Shown in pieces: positions 1-9,315 of a stretch of DNA of 32,285 nucleotides. How positions within the stretch are numbered: the stretch's first letter is position 1; each line of letters opens with the position of its first letter. The position numbers and the translations under genes were made by a program. The DNA is from Thelocarpon superellum (lineage: Eukaryota): NCBI GenBank assembly GCA_026025795.1, contig JAPEUG010000017.1, positions 62,001-94,285 on the forward strand, given 5' to 3'. The notes beneath the pieces were generated by a model that saw only the letters and a list, made by a program, of their open reading frames with translations, made no database searches and had not been told where the DNA came from.

Positions 1-262
1 GCGGGGTCTTCTATCGTTGATGTGGGACGGGGTGGCGTAAGCTCAACGGTCGGAGGAAAGAGGAAGAAGAAGACGAAGAGCTGAAGGAAGAGATGTGACT
101 GAGAGGTGGCGTGTTATGTCCACCTGCCGCAGCTAGCGCGTAAACAACTCTCGCGTCGACGCCAGCTCCCATAGCAACATCGGTGAATTGAAGCAATTGC
201 TAGAAGCATCGCGAAAAATTGACACGCGTTCTATCGTAGCCATAACAATCGTATTGACAACA

Positions 263-280
263 CGTCTCCCCCCCTTCCAT
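263..280 (-). other. Polypurine-tract-like sequence just after the pol stop
   Basis: Minus strand reads ATGGAAGGGGGGGAGACG then TGTTG, about 20 nt after the pol stop. The sequence that follows does not match the 5' LTR. Confidence 0.5.
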
Positions 281-299
281 AGCCACCGACCCCGGTGGC

Positions 300-3200
300 T
301 CAGTGTTCCACCTCGCGTAGGTCTAGTGCCCGTTGCTCCGGAATACCCGCCCGTGCCATGCTCCCCCGCTCGTAGATCGTTGAGACGCCGATGAAACCGA
401 GATCGTTCTGCCGTGGGTAATACACCTTCATGTCATCGATGTGGTACCGCTTCTCATTTCCACCGTAGAGATCTCTCACGTAGCCCGAGACTCCTGACGA
501 GGTCAGTCTGGTGAGCAGCCTCGGTCCGAACCATTTCGCATCGAGCTTTCTGCCGTAGTCCTTGTCCAAGCTCATGTCCCGGATGAGCACTAAGTCTCCG
601 ACCTTAGGCGTCGTCCACATGGGGTTCTTCGCCTTTTCCATACGCGTATGTGATCTAGCGACCGCGAGCACCGCGTGCTCCCGTTGCTCATCGCGTCGTG
701 CGATATGGAAACCCCAAGCTTCCATAGGGAAGTTATCCGCTTCCTCGAGCGTCACATGGTACGGTGGATCGTCGTCGCGATGCGTCCAGGCCGGTCTGAA
801 TCCGAGCATCACCTCCGCGGGGGTGAACCCGTGCACCCGTACCAATCTCGTGTTGATATCGAGAGCCGCTTTCGGTAACGCTCTCCCCCATAGCGATCTC
901 GACGGTAAGCCTCGCTCGAGCACCCACTTCCGTAGCTGGCTTATCACCAACTGAACGCTTCGCTCTGCCAGTCCCACTGACGCTGGATGAGATACCGGCG
1001 CAAGGTAGTACCGTGTCCCGTGTGACTCGAACAGGGCTTGCACCTCTGACCCCGTAAAGTGGGTCCCGTTGTCCGAGTAAACCGTCTTTGGCCACCCGTA
1101 GCAAGGACTTAGTCGATTGACCCACATGTCGTGGACCGCTTCCTGGTTGGCATGAGCGTACGGCTGTAGCCACAGCATCCGGCTGAAATAGTCGATGACG
1201 ATGAGCACATATCTGGCTCCCGTAGCCTCACACATCGGAGAGATCGGTCCGAGGAAGTCCATTCCTACCATATCGTATGGTTGGAAGTGTTGTATGGGCT
1301 TGAGGATCGCGGACTTTTTCCGTGGCCCCGTGTACTGGCATGCTTCACACGTACGGCAGTGCTTCTCGACGTCGTTCACTCGGGTCGGCCAGTAGTAGTT
1401 GCCCACCAGCTTCTCTAAGGTAACGGCCTTTGCGAAATGGCCGTGTTCCTCGTGAGCCCACTGTAGCGCTCTGGAGCACTCTTGCTCGACCAGGCACTTC
1501 GGTCGCGTGCCATTCGTCTCACGGTAAAGGAGCGCGGTGTCGGTGAGGTGGAACCGTAAGGATTGTCGTCGCAGCGCTCTGATCTCGCTCTCACCGCATC
1601 CCATCTGCCGTAGACCCTCCGTGCCTTCGGTAAGGAAGACGACGAGCTTGCTGTACCACTTGCTTCGCTCATACTTCTCGAGCTTAGCCGTCCTGATGAC
1701 CTGCGGTGGCTTCACCTCCACTTCCTCGGTCCCTTCCATAGGCTCGCTGCCTTCTCCGGTAAGTATCGCCGGCATGGCCATACGCTCCGTGTCTTCTGCG
1801 CGGGGTATGGTGGTGTAGGATCGCGGCATCCGTGACATCCCGTCGGCTATGCTCATGATATTCGCCTTGCCTGGTCGGTGGTGGATCTCGATGTCGTATT
1901 CCGTCAATCGATCGAGCCAGCGCGCCAGTCTCCCGTGGGAGTCAGTCCCGTTCCGCAGGATCGATGTGAGTGCCTCGTGGTCGGTGTAGACCTTCGTGGG
2001 GTATGGGCTCCCCATGATCAACCACCGGGTCTCCGCGAGTCCCCGTACTACCGCAAGTGCCTCCCGTTCCGTTGTCATGTAGCGAGTCTCCACATCTTCC
2101 AGTCTGAACGACAGGAACATGATGATGCGCACTGACCCTTTGAGTCGGTCAGTGGCTTCCGTACCCGCTGGTTGATCCTGCAACTGAAACAAGACGCCAC
2201 CGAGCCCGTACTTGCTAGCATCCGTGGCCAGGTGATACTGAAGTCCTGGGTCGCTGCCACTCATCGCGTTCCGATCGATCGCGTCCCGGATATGCTGGAA
2301 CGACTTCCTCTGCCGTTCACCAAACTCGTATCGACCGGTCTCCACCCACTTCTTCCGTATTGACGGCCGCGTAGTGGTGTTCACCACCACTTCTTCCATA
2401 TACGCCTCCTTGAGGATGCGTACATGGTCAGCTCTACCAGGTATGAATACTCGTAGGAATGGGGTTAGCCAGATGAACGCTTCCAGCTCCTCCCGTGAGG
2501 TGGGCTCGGGCCAGTCCCGTATGCGCTCGCGGTGCCGTATCGACGGTCGCAACCCTTCCGCGCTCCCCGTAAAGCCGATCATCTGCAGCGAGTCCACGAA
2601 GGCCCAGGTCTTGTGCCCTGAGAGGTACACGGGGCCAAACGCCGCCCGTGGGAAATATTGCTCGTGGAGGAAGGCGAATTGCGCTTCGTAGTCGGTGAAC
2701 CCGCCGAGGTGGTCATCCATAAAGGGTGAGAAAGCGGCATCACCATGGTCGCCGATGATTGAGGGCGTCCGTACACTCGTCGCTGTCTTCGGTAGGGGCC
2801 CGAAGACCATATCGGTGAACTGCGTGTAGGTGTGAGGCGCGCCCTTCAGGCCCTGTCCCATGCGACGGTAGAAATACTGCCCGTGGGGAGTCACGATTCC
2901 TGACTTGTACTCGTCCCCCTCCCGTAGAGGAATCGCCCAATAGCCGTTAGACGCATCGGCCTTGAAGAAACAGGTGAACTTTGGCTTGATTACCGTATCG
3001 AGGACCTCATCTAACTGGTGCATGGGATACTGCGGCTTGATCGTGCAGGCGTTGAGGGGCCTGAAGTCATGGACCACCCGTAGTTGGTCCGACCCCTTTC
3101 CCTTCGGCGGGAAGGTCGACCGTGAGCCCCAGTCGCTGGCTCCTCTCACCAGAATCCCCGCTTCCTCCATCTCAGGGAAGATCTGCGCTGCGAACTCCCG

Positions 3201-3743
3201 TTCCTTCCGGTTGTATCGCCCGATCTTCGCGTAGGTCGGATACGAGTCTGGCCGTAGATCTATCGTATGCTCGATCAGGTCCGTTGGCTTGACCTCCCGC
3301 ATCGTCTTCGCGAAGAGATGCCGCCAGGTGTACATCAACCGACGAGCTCTCTGCTGTTGCTCTTCCGTAGCAGCAATCGTGCCAATGGTAATCGATGATG
3401 TTGCAAACCACTCGTCTACCGTACTGATAGGAGTAGTGGTGTCGAGGTCCCGTTGGACCGGTCGTCTCGTCGTCGGGAAGCCGGTCGTCTTCCGTAACGA
3501 GATCGGAGCAACTGACTGCGTCGTCTGGCTGTCCCGTTGGACAGTCGCTAGCTCCGAAGCTGATAGCACGTTCAAGATGATCGGTGGCACTTTCCACCCA
3601 CGTCTCGATTCGAATAGGTCAAGCAAAGCCCATCCTCCTGCTGGCCTAACAGACTCGCCCTCTCCCGTGGCGTCTTCCGTCTGCTCAGGCTCTGGCTCGC
3701 GCCAGCAGTCCCCCTGTCGGACTACTGGCGCCGAGCTTTTCCC
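300..3743 (-). CDS. pol: Pol (reverse transcriptase, RNase H, integrase), translated by -1 frameshift from gag-pro
   Basis: RT motifs LRVVHDFRPLN, KADASNGYW, MGQGLKGAP and FMDD (YxDD). RNase H motifs ATDASKYGLGGVL, EREALA and YTDH. Integrase HHCC (HEEHGH...CRTCEAC) and DDE (MDFLGP, SDNGTHF, GLAER). The frame has no ATG in the overlap with gag. Confidence 0.95.
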   Translation of the reverse strand, partial: GKSSAPVVRQGDCWREPEPEQTEDATGEGESVRPAGGWALLDLFESRRGWKVPPIILNVLSASELATVQRDSQTTQSVAPISLRKTTGFPTTRRPVQRDLDTTTPISTVDEWFATSSITIGTIAATEEQQQRARRLMYTWRHLFAKTMREVKPTDLIEHTIDLRPDSYPTYAKIGRYNRKEREFAAQIFPEMEEAGILVRGASDWGSRSTFPPKGKGSDQLRVVHDFRPLNACTIKPQYPMHQLDEVLDTVIKPKFTCFFKADASNGYWAIPLREGDEYKSGIVTPHGQYFYRRMGQGLKGAPHTYTQFTDMVFGPLPKTATSVRTPSIIGDHGDAAFSPFMDDHLGGFTDYEAQFAFLHEQYFPRAAFGPVYLSGHKTWAFVDSLQMIGFTGSAEGLRPSIRHRERIRDWPEPTSREELEAFIWLTPFLRVFIPGRADHVRILKEAYMEEVVVNTTTRPSIRKKWVETGRYEFGERQRKSFQHIRDAIDRNAMSGSDPGLQYHLATDASKYGLGGVLFQLQDQPAGTEATDRLKGSVRIIMFLSFRLEDVETRYMTTEREALAVVRGLAETRWLIMGSPYPTKVYTDHEALTSILRNGTDSHGRLARWLDRLTEYDIEIHHRPGKANIMSIADGMSRMPRSYTTIPRAEDTERMAMPAILTGEGSEPMEGTEEVEVKPPQVIRTAKLEKYERSKWYSKLVVFLTEGTEGLRQMGCGESEIRALRRQSLRFHLTDTALLYRETNGTRPKCLVEQECSRALQWAHEEHGHFAKAVTLEKLVGNYYWPTRVNDVEKHCRTCEACQYTGPRKKSAILKPIQHFQPYDMVGMDFLGPISPMCEATGARYVLIVIDYFSRMLWLQPYAHANQEAVHDMWVNRLSPCYGWPKTVYSDNGTHFTGSEVQALFESHGTRYYLAPVSHPASVGLAERSVQLVISQLRKWVLERGLPSRSLWGRALPKAALDINTRLVRVHGFTPAEVMLGFRPAWTHRDDDPPYHVTLEEADNFPMEAWGFHIARRDEQREHAVLAVARSHTRMEKAKNPMWTTPKVGDLVLIRDMSLDKDYGRKLDAKWFGPRLLTRLTSSGVSGYVRDLYGGNEKRYHIDDMKVYYPRQNDLGFIGVSTIYERGSMARAGIPEQRALDLREVEH
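3686..3743 (-). other. -1 programmed ribosomal frameshift signal
   Basis: Slippery heptamer G GGA AAA (3743-3737) in the gag frame, a 5-nt spacer, then a 13-bp stem GCGCCAGUAGUCC/GGACUGCUGGCGC with a 7-nt loop. Pol is in the -1 frame. Confidence 0.85.
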
Positions 3744-6307
3744 TGCTCGTCCACCCAGTAGTCGTAACCGTCGAGCTCCTCGTTCAGGCAAGCTAACTCT
3801 TCTTCGGCCATCTCGCCGTCGAATTCCTCCAACTGATCTCCGGTAATAAGCTCCGTGATGGGCGACTCTTCACCCACCGCTGCCGTAACGGTGCGCTGAT
3901 GACCGTTCGTGCCCTGGATGCTCAGGGTCCCCGCGCCGTGGTTCTCCACCGCACGCACCCGATACATCCACTTCTTGCTCAATAGGAGCTCGAAGGTCTC
4001 GTTACCTCCTATCAGGAAGGCTTTCACCTGCGCCAGCACTCCCGCAACGTTAACAGGGAGCCAGACGTATTCCCGTATCGTAGCCGTCGAGTCGTTTGCC
4101 AGACGGACAAACCACTCCTCGTTCATCTCGTGTACCTTGATGTTTGGCAGGCGACGTACAAGATGCGGGCTGACGAGCTCAACGACAGCTCCCGTATCGA
4201 CAAGCGTCCGATGAATCGGCTCATCTCCGATCCAGGCTGTCACGTACAGACAGGTGGTAGGTTTGTCGTCCTCGAATGCTTCTGCCATAATCGTCGGAGC
4301 CTCTAGCGCAGCAGATGCTACAACGGCTTTCTTCCGACCGCGACGAGTCGGCTGCGAGGACTGAAGAGCACGAGCAACCTGTGCCCGGGCCTGCGGTGAT
4401 CGATCGAGAAACTGGTAGACCGGTATGGTGATCATGGTCTCGTGTAGGAACGCGTCGATACTGAATCGATCCTTCCCCTTCGCCAGGTTGATCGGGATGG
4501 TCTCCCGTGGTCCCTTGTTCGGCAACCGTACCACCTGCTGCTCGACCTGTTCCTCCATGGCGTCTGCCGTTCGCTGGTTGCGTGTCTGCGGCATACGCAT
4601 TGGTACAGTATCAACCACCGTCGGCACGGTTGGCTGCACCGATGCGGGGATTGGCGCAGCTGGCGCAGGAGCAGACGCCGCTTGCTGTTGTTGCTCCGTG
4701 GGTGGTGGAGCATTCGTTGGTCCTGAAGCACTGGCTCGTCCATCTTCCGTAGCCGTCTGCTGCGGTTGAGCCTGCTCTGGCGGCTCACCCGTCTCTTCCA
4801 CCTCCATGGGCTGAGGGCTGTTACTCGCTCCCCCAACCTGGCGTACAGACTGATTCGGCTCCCGTCGCTTCGCGATCCGATAGTTCGCCCCAGCTGGTGG
4901 TCTATCCACCACCGTGGGCATCTTCCGTCGGGTGTTGCGAGTGGAATTCCGCGTCGCAGGCATGACTGGCCCCAGCGGAAAGGGCTCGTACATCTGACGA
5001 TTTTGCTGCGTCAGGATAGCCGGCATAGCCGTAAACGTCCGGTCCTGGTCGCTCCTCGCGTCCTGTCTCCCATACCATCCTGGAGGGCCATACGTCCCTC
5101 TACCGTAGGGCGGTTCCCACTGCTCGTTGCCTTCACTCATCCTGTATTTCTGAGCCACGGCAGCGGCTGCCGGTTGCGGACGATGGTGTAGGTTCTTCGG
5201 ATCCGAGGCCATATTCGGATCGACGTTCTGCTGCGTCTGCTGCTGCTGCTGCTGCTGCTGCCGCTGCTGCTGCTGGGTGATACGTGCTCGATTCTCGTTC
5301 TTCTGCTGCCAGCTAACCTGAGGCGCCGGGCAGGAGTTGGAGAAGTGACCGGCTCCCATACAGTTATGGCAGATCACCTCATCGGACGCCTGCGGTCCAC
5401 GACGGGGTGGCTGGTATGGTGGCGGCGGAGGGAAGAACCCCCGTACCGGCTCGGGTGGTGGCTTCGATGGCTGTCCCTTCTCCAGAGACTGCTGGGCCAT
5501 CAACCGTACGAGACCGAGTAACTCGCGGCTGGTGTCCGTAGTCGTAGGGTCCGATGCCGTCAACACCGTCGGCTCCGCCTTCTTGTTCTTCCATTCATCG
5601 AATGGATTCTCCCGTCCGATTCGGCTATACGTCCGCATGATCGCACGTTTCGCATCATCGTACCCGAATAGCTCGAGATCCGGCAGGTAGGTCTGAACGA
5701 GGTCGAGCTTATTTTCTTCCGTAAGACCTCCGACAAGGAACCGTCCGATATGCGGCTTCATCTCTTCGGGGCACCGCTTGTAGAGGTGATCCGCATCGCT
5801 CAGGTATTCCGTAATCGTCTTCTGCCCCTGCCGTAAGGACATGATCTGGTTCGTGATCGTGAAGACGTCAATGGGATTCCGCTTGATGGTGAACTCTTTG
5901 ACGAAAGCGTCCCGGAGCATCTCCCATGAGTCCTTCGTGCTCTCGTCAATCTCATAATACCAGTTGAGGGCCTCATCCCTCAGGCTCATACGGAAGTACA
6001 CGCGGCAGGACAACTCAGCCTGCTCCGTATTGCCGTAGCCCTTCTCGTTGGTGAGGAACCTGATGATCTCGACGTGTTCTTTCGCCGACTCGCGTCCATC
6101 CTTTCTCCCGTAGAAGGGAGGGATCTCGACCGACATCTTCGTAGCTCGTAGGGAAGGAGGGATGAATTTTGGAGGAAGTAGGAAAGGGTCGCTCACGGAC
6201 TGACTCGATCCGCTCGACAAGGGAGATGACGGGAGGTCTACCGTAAGAGGTGGATCTCTGTAGGACGACGACGGGATCGTAAGAGGAAAGGGAGGGGTAA
6301 CGGACAT
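3722..6307 (-). CDS. gag: Gag-aspartic protease polyprotein
   Basis: Retrotransposon gag-like region (SLRDEALNWY...WEMLRDAFVKEF...LRQGQKTITEY), CCHC knuckle CHNCMGAGHFSNSC, a polyQ tract, and retropepsin motif LVDTGA. First ATG is 6307; ATG 6136 (MSVEIPPF) is an alternative start. Confidence 0.92.
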   Translation of the reverse strand: MSVTPPFPLTIPSSSYRDPPLTVDLPSSPLSSGSSQSVSDPFLLPPKFIPPSLRATKMSVEIPPFYGRKDGRESAKEHVEIIRFLTNEKGYGNTEQAELSCRVYFRMSLRDEALNWYYEIDESTKDSWEMLRDAFVKEFTIKRNPIDVFTITNQIMSLRQGQKTITEYLSDADHLYKRCPEEMKPHIGRFLVGGLTEENKLDLVQTYLPDLELFGYDDAKRAIMRTYSRIGRENPFDEWKNKKAEPTVLTASDPTTTDTSRELLGLVRLMAQQSLEKGQPSKPPPEPVRGFFPPPPPYQPPRRGPQASDEVICHNCMGAGHFSNSCPAPQVSWQQKNENRARITQQQQRQQQQQQQQTQQNVDPNMASDPKNLHHRPQPAAAAVAQKYRMSEGNEQWEPPYGRGTYGPPGWYGRQDARSDQDRTFTAMPAILTQQNRQMYEPFPLGPVMPATRNSTRNTRRKMPTVVDRPPAGANYRIAKRREPNQSVRQVGGASNSPQPMEVEETGEPPEQAQPQQTATEDGRASASGPTNAPPPTEQQQQAASAPAPAAPIPASVQPTVPTVVDTVPMRMPQTRNQRTADAMEEQVEQQVVRLPNKGPRETIPINLAKGKDRFSIDAFLHETMITIPVYQFLDRSPQARAQVARALQSSQPTRRGRKKAVVASAALEAPTIMAEAFEDDKPTTCLYVTAWIGDEPIHRTLVDTGAVVELVSPHLVRRLPNIKVHEMNEEWFVRLANDSTATIREYVWLPVNVAGVLAQVKAFLIGGNETFELLLSKKWMYRVRAVENHGAGTLSIQGTNGHQRTVTAAVGEESPITELITGDQLEEFDGEMAEEELACLNEELDGYDYWVDEQGKARRQ

Positions 6308-6625
6308 GAACTCTTCCGTATGGCTACTTCTTCGTACGAACTGACTCGAGTCGGCTTCAATTCTCACAACCAGCTGACAGGTCCCCTGTCTAACTGGTAG
6401 TGAGAAGAAGGATCTACCGTATCAATCACTGCCGTCTGGTGACGTCTCCGCGGAGGCAACAACGGTCTGCCGTTCAGGAAGCTGTATTCCCGTGCGGGTT
6501 CGTTACAACGATTCGATTCTTCGTCCGTTATCGACGGCTCTACCGTAACGGTCGACTGCCTATCCTCGAGGCTCTCGTATCTCTCAAAGGTGACCCAGAC
6601 TCGTATGACAATAGAGTCTTTCTGT

Positions 6626-6637
6626 GCGGGGCCGCCA
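6626..6637 (-). promoter_or_regulatory. Primer-binding site for a tRNA primer (identity uncertain)
   Basis: TGGCGGCCCCGC begins 2 nt after the putative LTR end ...GCGTCA. TGG is complementary to the tRNA CCA end. Confidence 0.7.
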
Positions 6638-6639
6638 AC

Positions 6640-7038
6640 TGACGCACCCCGGTTTATTGCACGGAAGATGGGTGGTTTCAGCTACGGAAGCTATCCGCCG
6701 TTCTAATATACAGCTTTTGTGGGTCACGTGAGCCGGCTTACTCAGAAGCCTCAAGCTCCCGTATGGAGCCTCCACACTACGTAGCATTGGACGAGCCCAC
6801 ATTCGCCTAACTATAGGGCGACGGGGGACTTGGCGGACGGAAGCGAACGATGCGACACAGAAACCAACACCCCGTAGGCCAGCGCCGGCAATCCCCTCCC
6901 TCAATGGGCCAAGCGATCTACGCAACTGGCACGCCACTCCGCTCACATCTCTCGCATCCTCGGCGGCTCGTCTTGATTCATGCTCTGATGGTGATGACGA
7001 TTGACCGCGTCGATCCACGTCCCTGACATCTCTCGTCA
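6640..7038 (-). repeat. Putative 5' LTR (~390-400 bp)
   Basis: Ends in CA next to the PBS. Contains AATAAA (6658-6653) and TATATTA (~6710-6704) on the minus strand. Candidate TG starts are 7028 (TGTCA) and 7038 (TGACG, a 5-bp inverted repeat with the end). No second copy is present to confirm the boundary. Confidence 0.55.
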
Positions 7039-7505
7039 TCCACGTATCTGCCCTACGGTCCATATCTCTCCGAGCCGATGCCTGCGTGTCCAGCAGGACG
7101 CTGGCAGTAGATGTCGATCGGCCCCTGAACGTCAGGGCCGATGCTGAAAAACTCCTGGCGAAATGGGGGATCTTCGCGACGACATGGAATCATCCCTGGC
7201 AACGTTCATCCGGGCGAGGATCGAAATCTGGTATAAATCTTGCCTTGTTCCTCTGTTTGTCCACCTCCGTCTGTTCGGAGAAGCAGAGCGCGGAGTTTCT
7301 ATTCCATCTGATACCTTTGTCTTCTTCTGGTCAATATTATCAGACTCGCCCCGGAGGCTGTCATTCTCATCGCATCATCCACGTCGCTAGAACCTTTTCT
7401 TCGGTGAATATCTATGACGACTGCATTGGTGTGCTCTCCGTATCATCCACCAGCCACTTCCATCACACGCCCTTCCTCCACGGCCATCTCTTCACGCTCG
7501 ACACG

Positions 7506-7904
7506 ATGAAGGTCTTCGCGTCGCTCTGCACGGCAGCCATCGCCCTCGCCTTCGCCCTTGAGGCTCAGGCTCTCGTGCTTCCCCCTCGTGCCGCACATGA
7601 GCCACATGGCGGCAACCTCAACCGCCGCTACAGTGGGGCTGGCGGCGGCGACGGTGGCGGTGGCGCCCACGCCACTGGGATTAACGTCGGAACAAACGGG
7701 GTCAACGCCGGTGTCGGCAACGATGAAGGGCTCGGAGACGCCGGAGGCCTAGACTCCCTGGGAGGCGGAGGCTTCGATCCTCTCGGGGAGCTCGCAAGCA
7801 TGCTTGGGCTCGGCGAAGGGGCTGGGGAAGGGGGAGCGGAGGCGGTCCCCGCGACTGAGGAGGAGACCACCACAACGGCGCCTGTGACCGAAATCGACGA
7901 CTAA
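7506..7904 (+). CDS. Small secreted Gly-rich acidic protein (132 aa)
   Basis: Signal-peptide-like MKVFASLCTAAIALAFALEAQA, a dibasic Kex2-like site (NLNRR), and a Gly/Glu-rich C-terminal part. A TATAAA lies at ~7232 and the leader is pyrimidine-rich. Confidence 0.7.
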   Translation: MKVFASLCTAAIALAFALEAQALVLPPRAAHEPHGGNLNRRYSGAGGGDGGGGAHATGINVGTNGVNAGVGNDEGLGDAGGLDSLGGGGFDPLGELASMLGLGEGAGEGGAEAVPATEEETTTTAPVTEIDD

Positions 7905-9315
7905 GACTACGCGCGAGCATCTTCCAACTTCGAGTGGAGTCGAGCGGATGGGGTGGGCAGAGTCTGGTGCAGATGGAATCATGTCTAAATTTCGAATGTC
8001 TCGGTGGGACTCGGCGTTGGTGGCTGCCAATCAGGTTTTGATTACGAATAGTTGGTATATGACAACTTCCTTCATGACTTGACGCTGGTGTCCTCTGTGC
8101 ACGGGCTTGGTGTCTGTTGAACGATGCCGTGCCAAGTCCCTGGCCGCCATTCTCCCAGAGTGTACAAGTCGACGATGACGACTTTTGGCTCAGTAGAGCG
8201 ATGACCTCACAATATTCGTAGGTCCAGTTGAGGTTGCTCATGTTACTGCTTTGCCGAGCTCCAACGTAAGTCAGGCTATCAAGGTGATACCATCTCGAGG
8301 ATCGGCGTCGTCCGACATACCAAATGACCCAAATTGATGGATGTTGTGCGATTCCAAGTGCGGATGGCTGCAGTAAAATCCTTGGGAGCGCTCGGGCGTC
8401 CTTCGATTGGCCTTTACTTTGCCGAACGCTTGACGGGCATGCAGGGCTGCCTACCCACCAAAATCTGAGATCTCAGGCAGTTCCCCAACTTTAGGTGCGC
8501 TGTAAATATTGCTGTTGGACGATCGCAGGCTTGCTGGGGAGCTGATGGAGTCTTCGGTATGCAAATTATGCTTACTGCTATGCTTGTCGAACACACCATC
8601 AGAGACGCTGTACCTGCATTAGTTGACTGGGATGAGCTACACACTTTCGGTTGCAATCCTGCCGACAGCTCGATCATCTATATATTTTATTCGATTATTT
8701 AAATAACCTCGAATATAAAATTGAATCATCACAATTAAAATACTTCCAACTCGAAATGAAGGCCAGCCAACTCGGCTCTCGCGTCGGAGGAAGGGTTGAC
8801 TGCGACCGGTATAATGGATGGCAAGACTACGATTTATTTTATTGTCTACATACACTAGCTACATATTCTCTGTGCACGAAATCGCCATCTCTGGACGGTT
8901 AGAGCTCCCCTGAGACGAAAGACCGCCACGTGCAACCTGCTGGGATGACCCTCTCAGCCCTGGTAGCTCCACACGTCATCCAGCATGTCGCGTCAATCTG
9001 TTCCTGGCCAAATCAAACGATGAGAAGTAACCACGACTCGGCCAGAGTCTTGGACCCTCCATTCAAAGGATTATCGTTTCGGCCGACTGCAGCATCGGCT
9101 GCGGGGGATTGGATGGAAATAATGCCGCATGCTGTCCACACTGCACGAGGTAGAGCTTTGATTCATAGCCCGCATCGCAAGAGCGCCATTCAGAGAAGAT
9201 CCGAGGACCACGGAGATACTCTCCTGACCGTACAAGACAAAATGATGGCTTGCCATCCTCGAGGACTTACGTCTCGCGTAGCCACCCAGATTGCTCCTGG
9301 ATGCGCGTCGAGAAC

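Larger units (their letters stand above)
1..7038 (-). mobile_element. Ty3/gypsy LTR retrotransposon without a chromodomain; ORFs intact; 3' LTR not seen in the window
   Basis: Domain order Gag-ZnK-PR / RT-RNaseH-IN. PBS-like TGGCGGCCCCGC follows a ...CA LTR end. The right boundary (7028 or 7038) is approximate and the left boundary is probably outside the window, so no TSD can be checked. Confidence 0.93.

Noticed and set aside
1..262. 3' LTR
   Set aside because: It starts with TG after a purine tract, but I see no similarity to the putative 5' LTR region 6640-7140.
6626..6637. PBS primed by the local tRNA-Arg(UCU)
   Set aside because: That tRNA would need TGGCACCCCGC, but the PBS is TGGCGGCCCCGC, which is out of register. 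A different tRNA is implied.
7950..8900. Lower-GC stretch with an AT-rich patch (~8680-8745) as a pseudogene or transposon relic
   Set aside because: No recognisable protein motif, terminal repeat or coherent exon chain was found.
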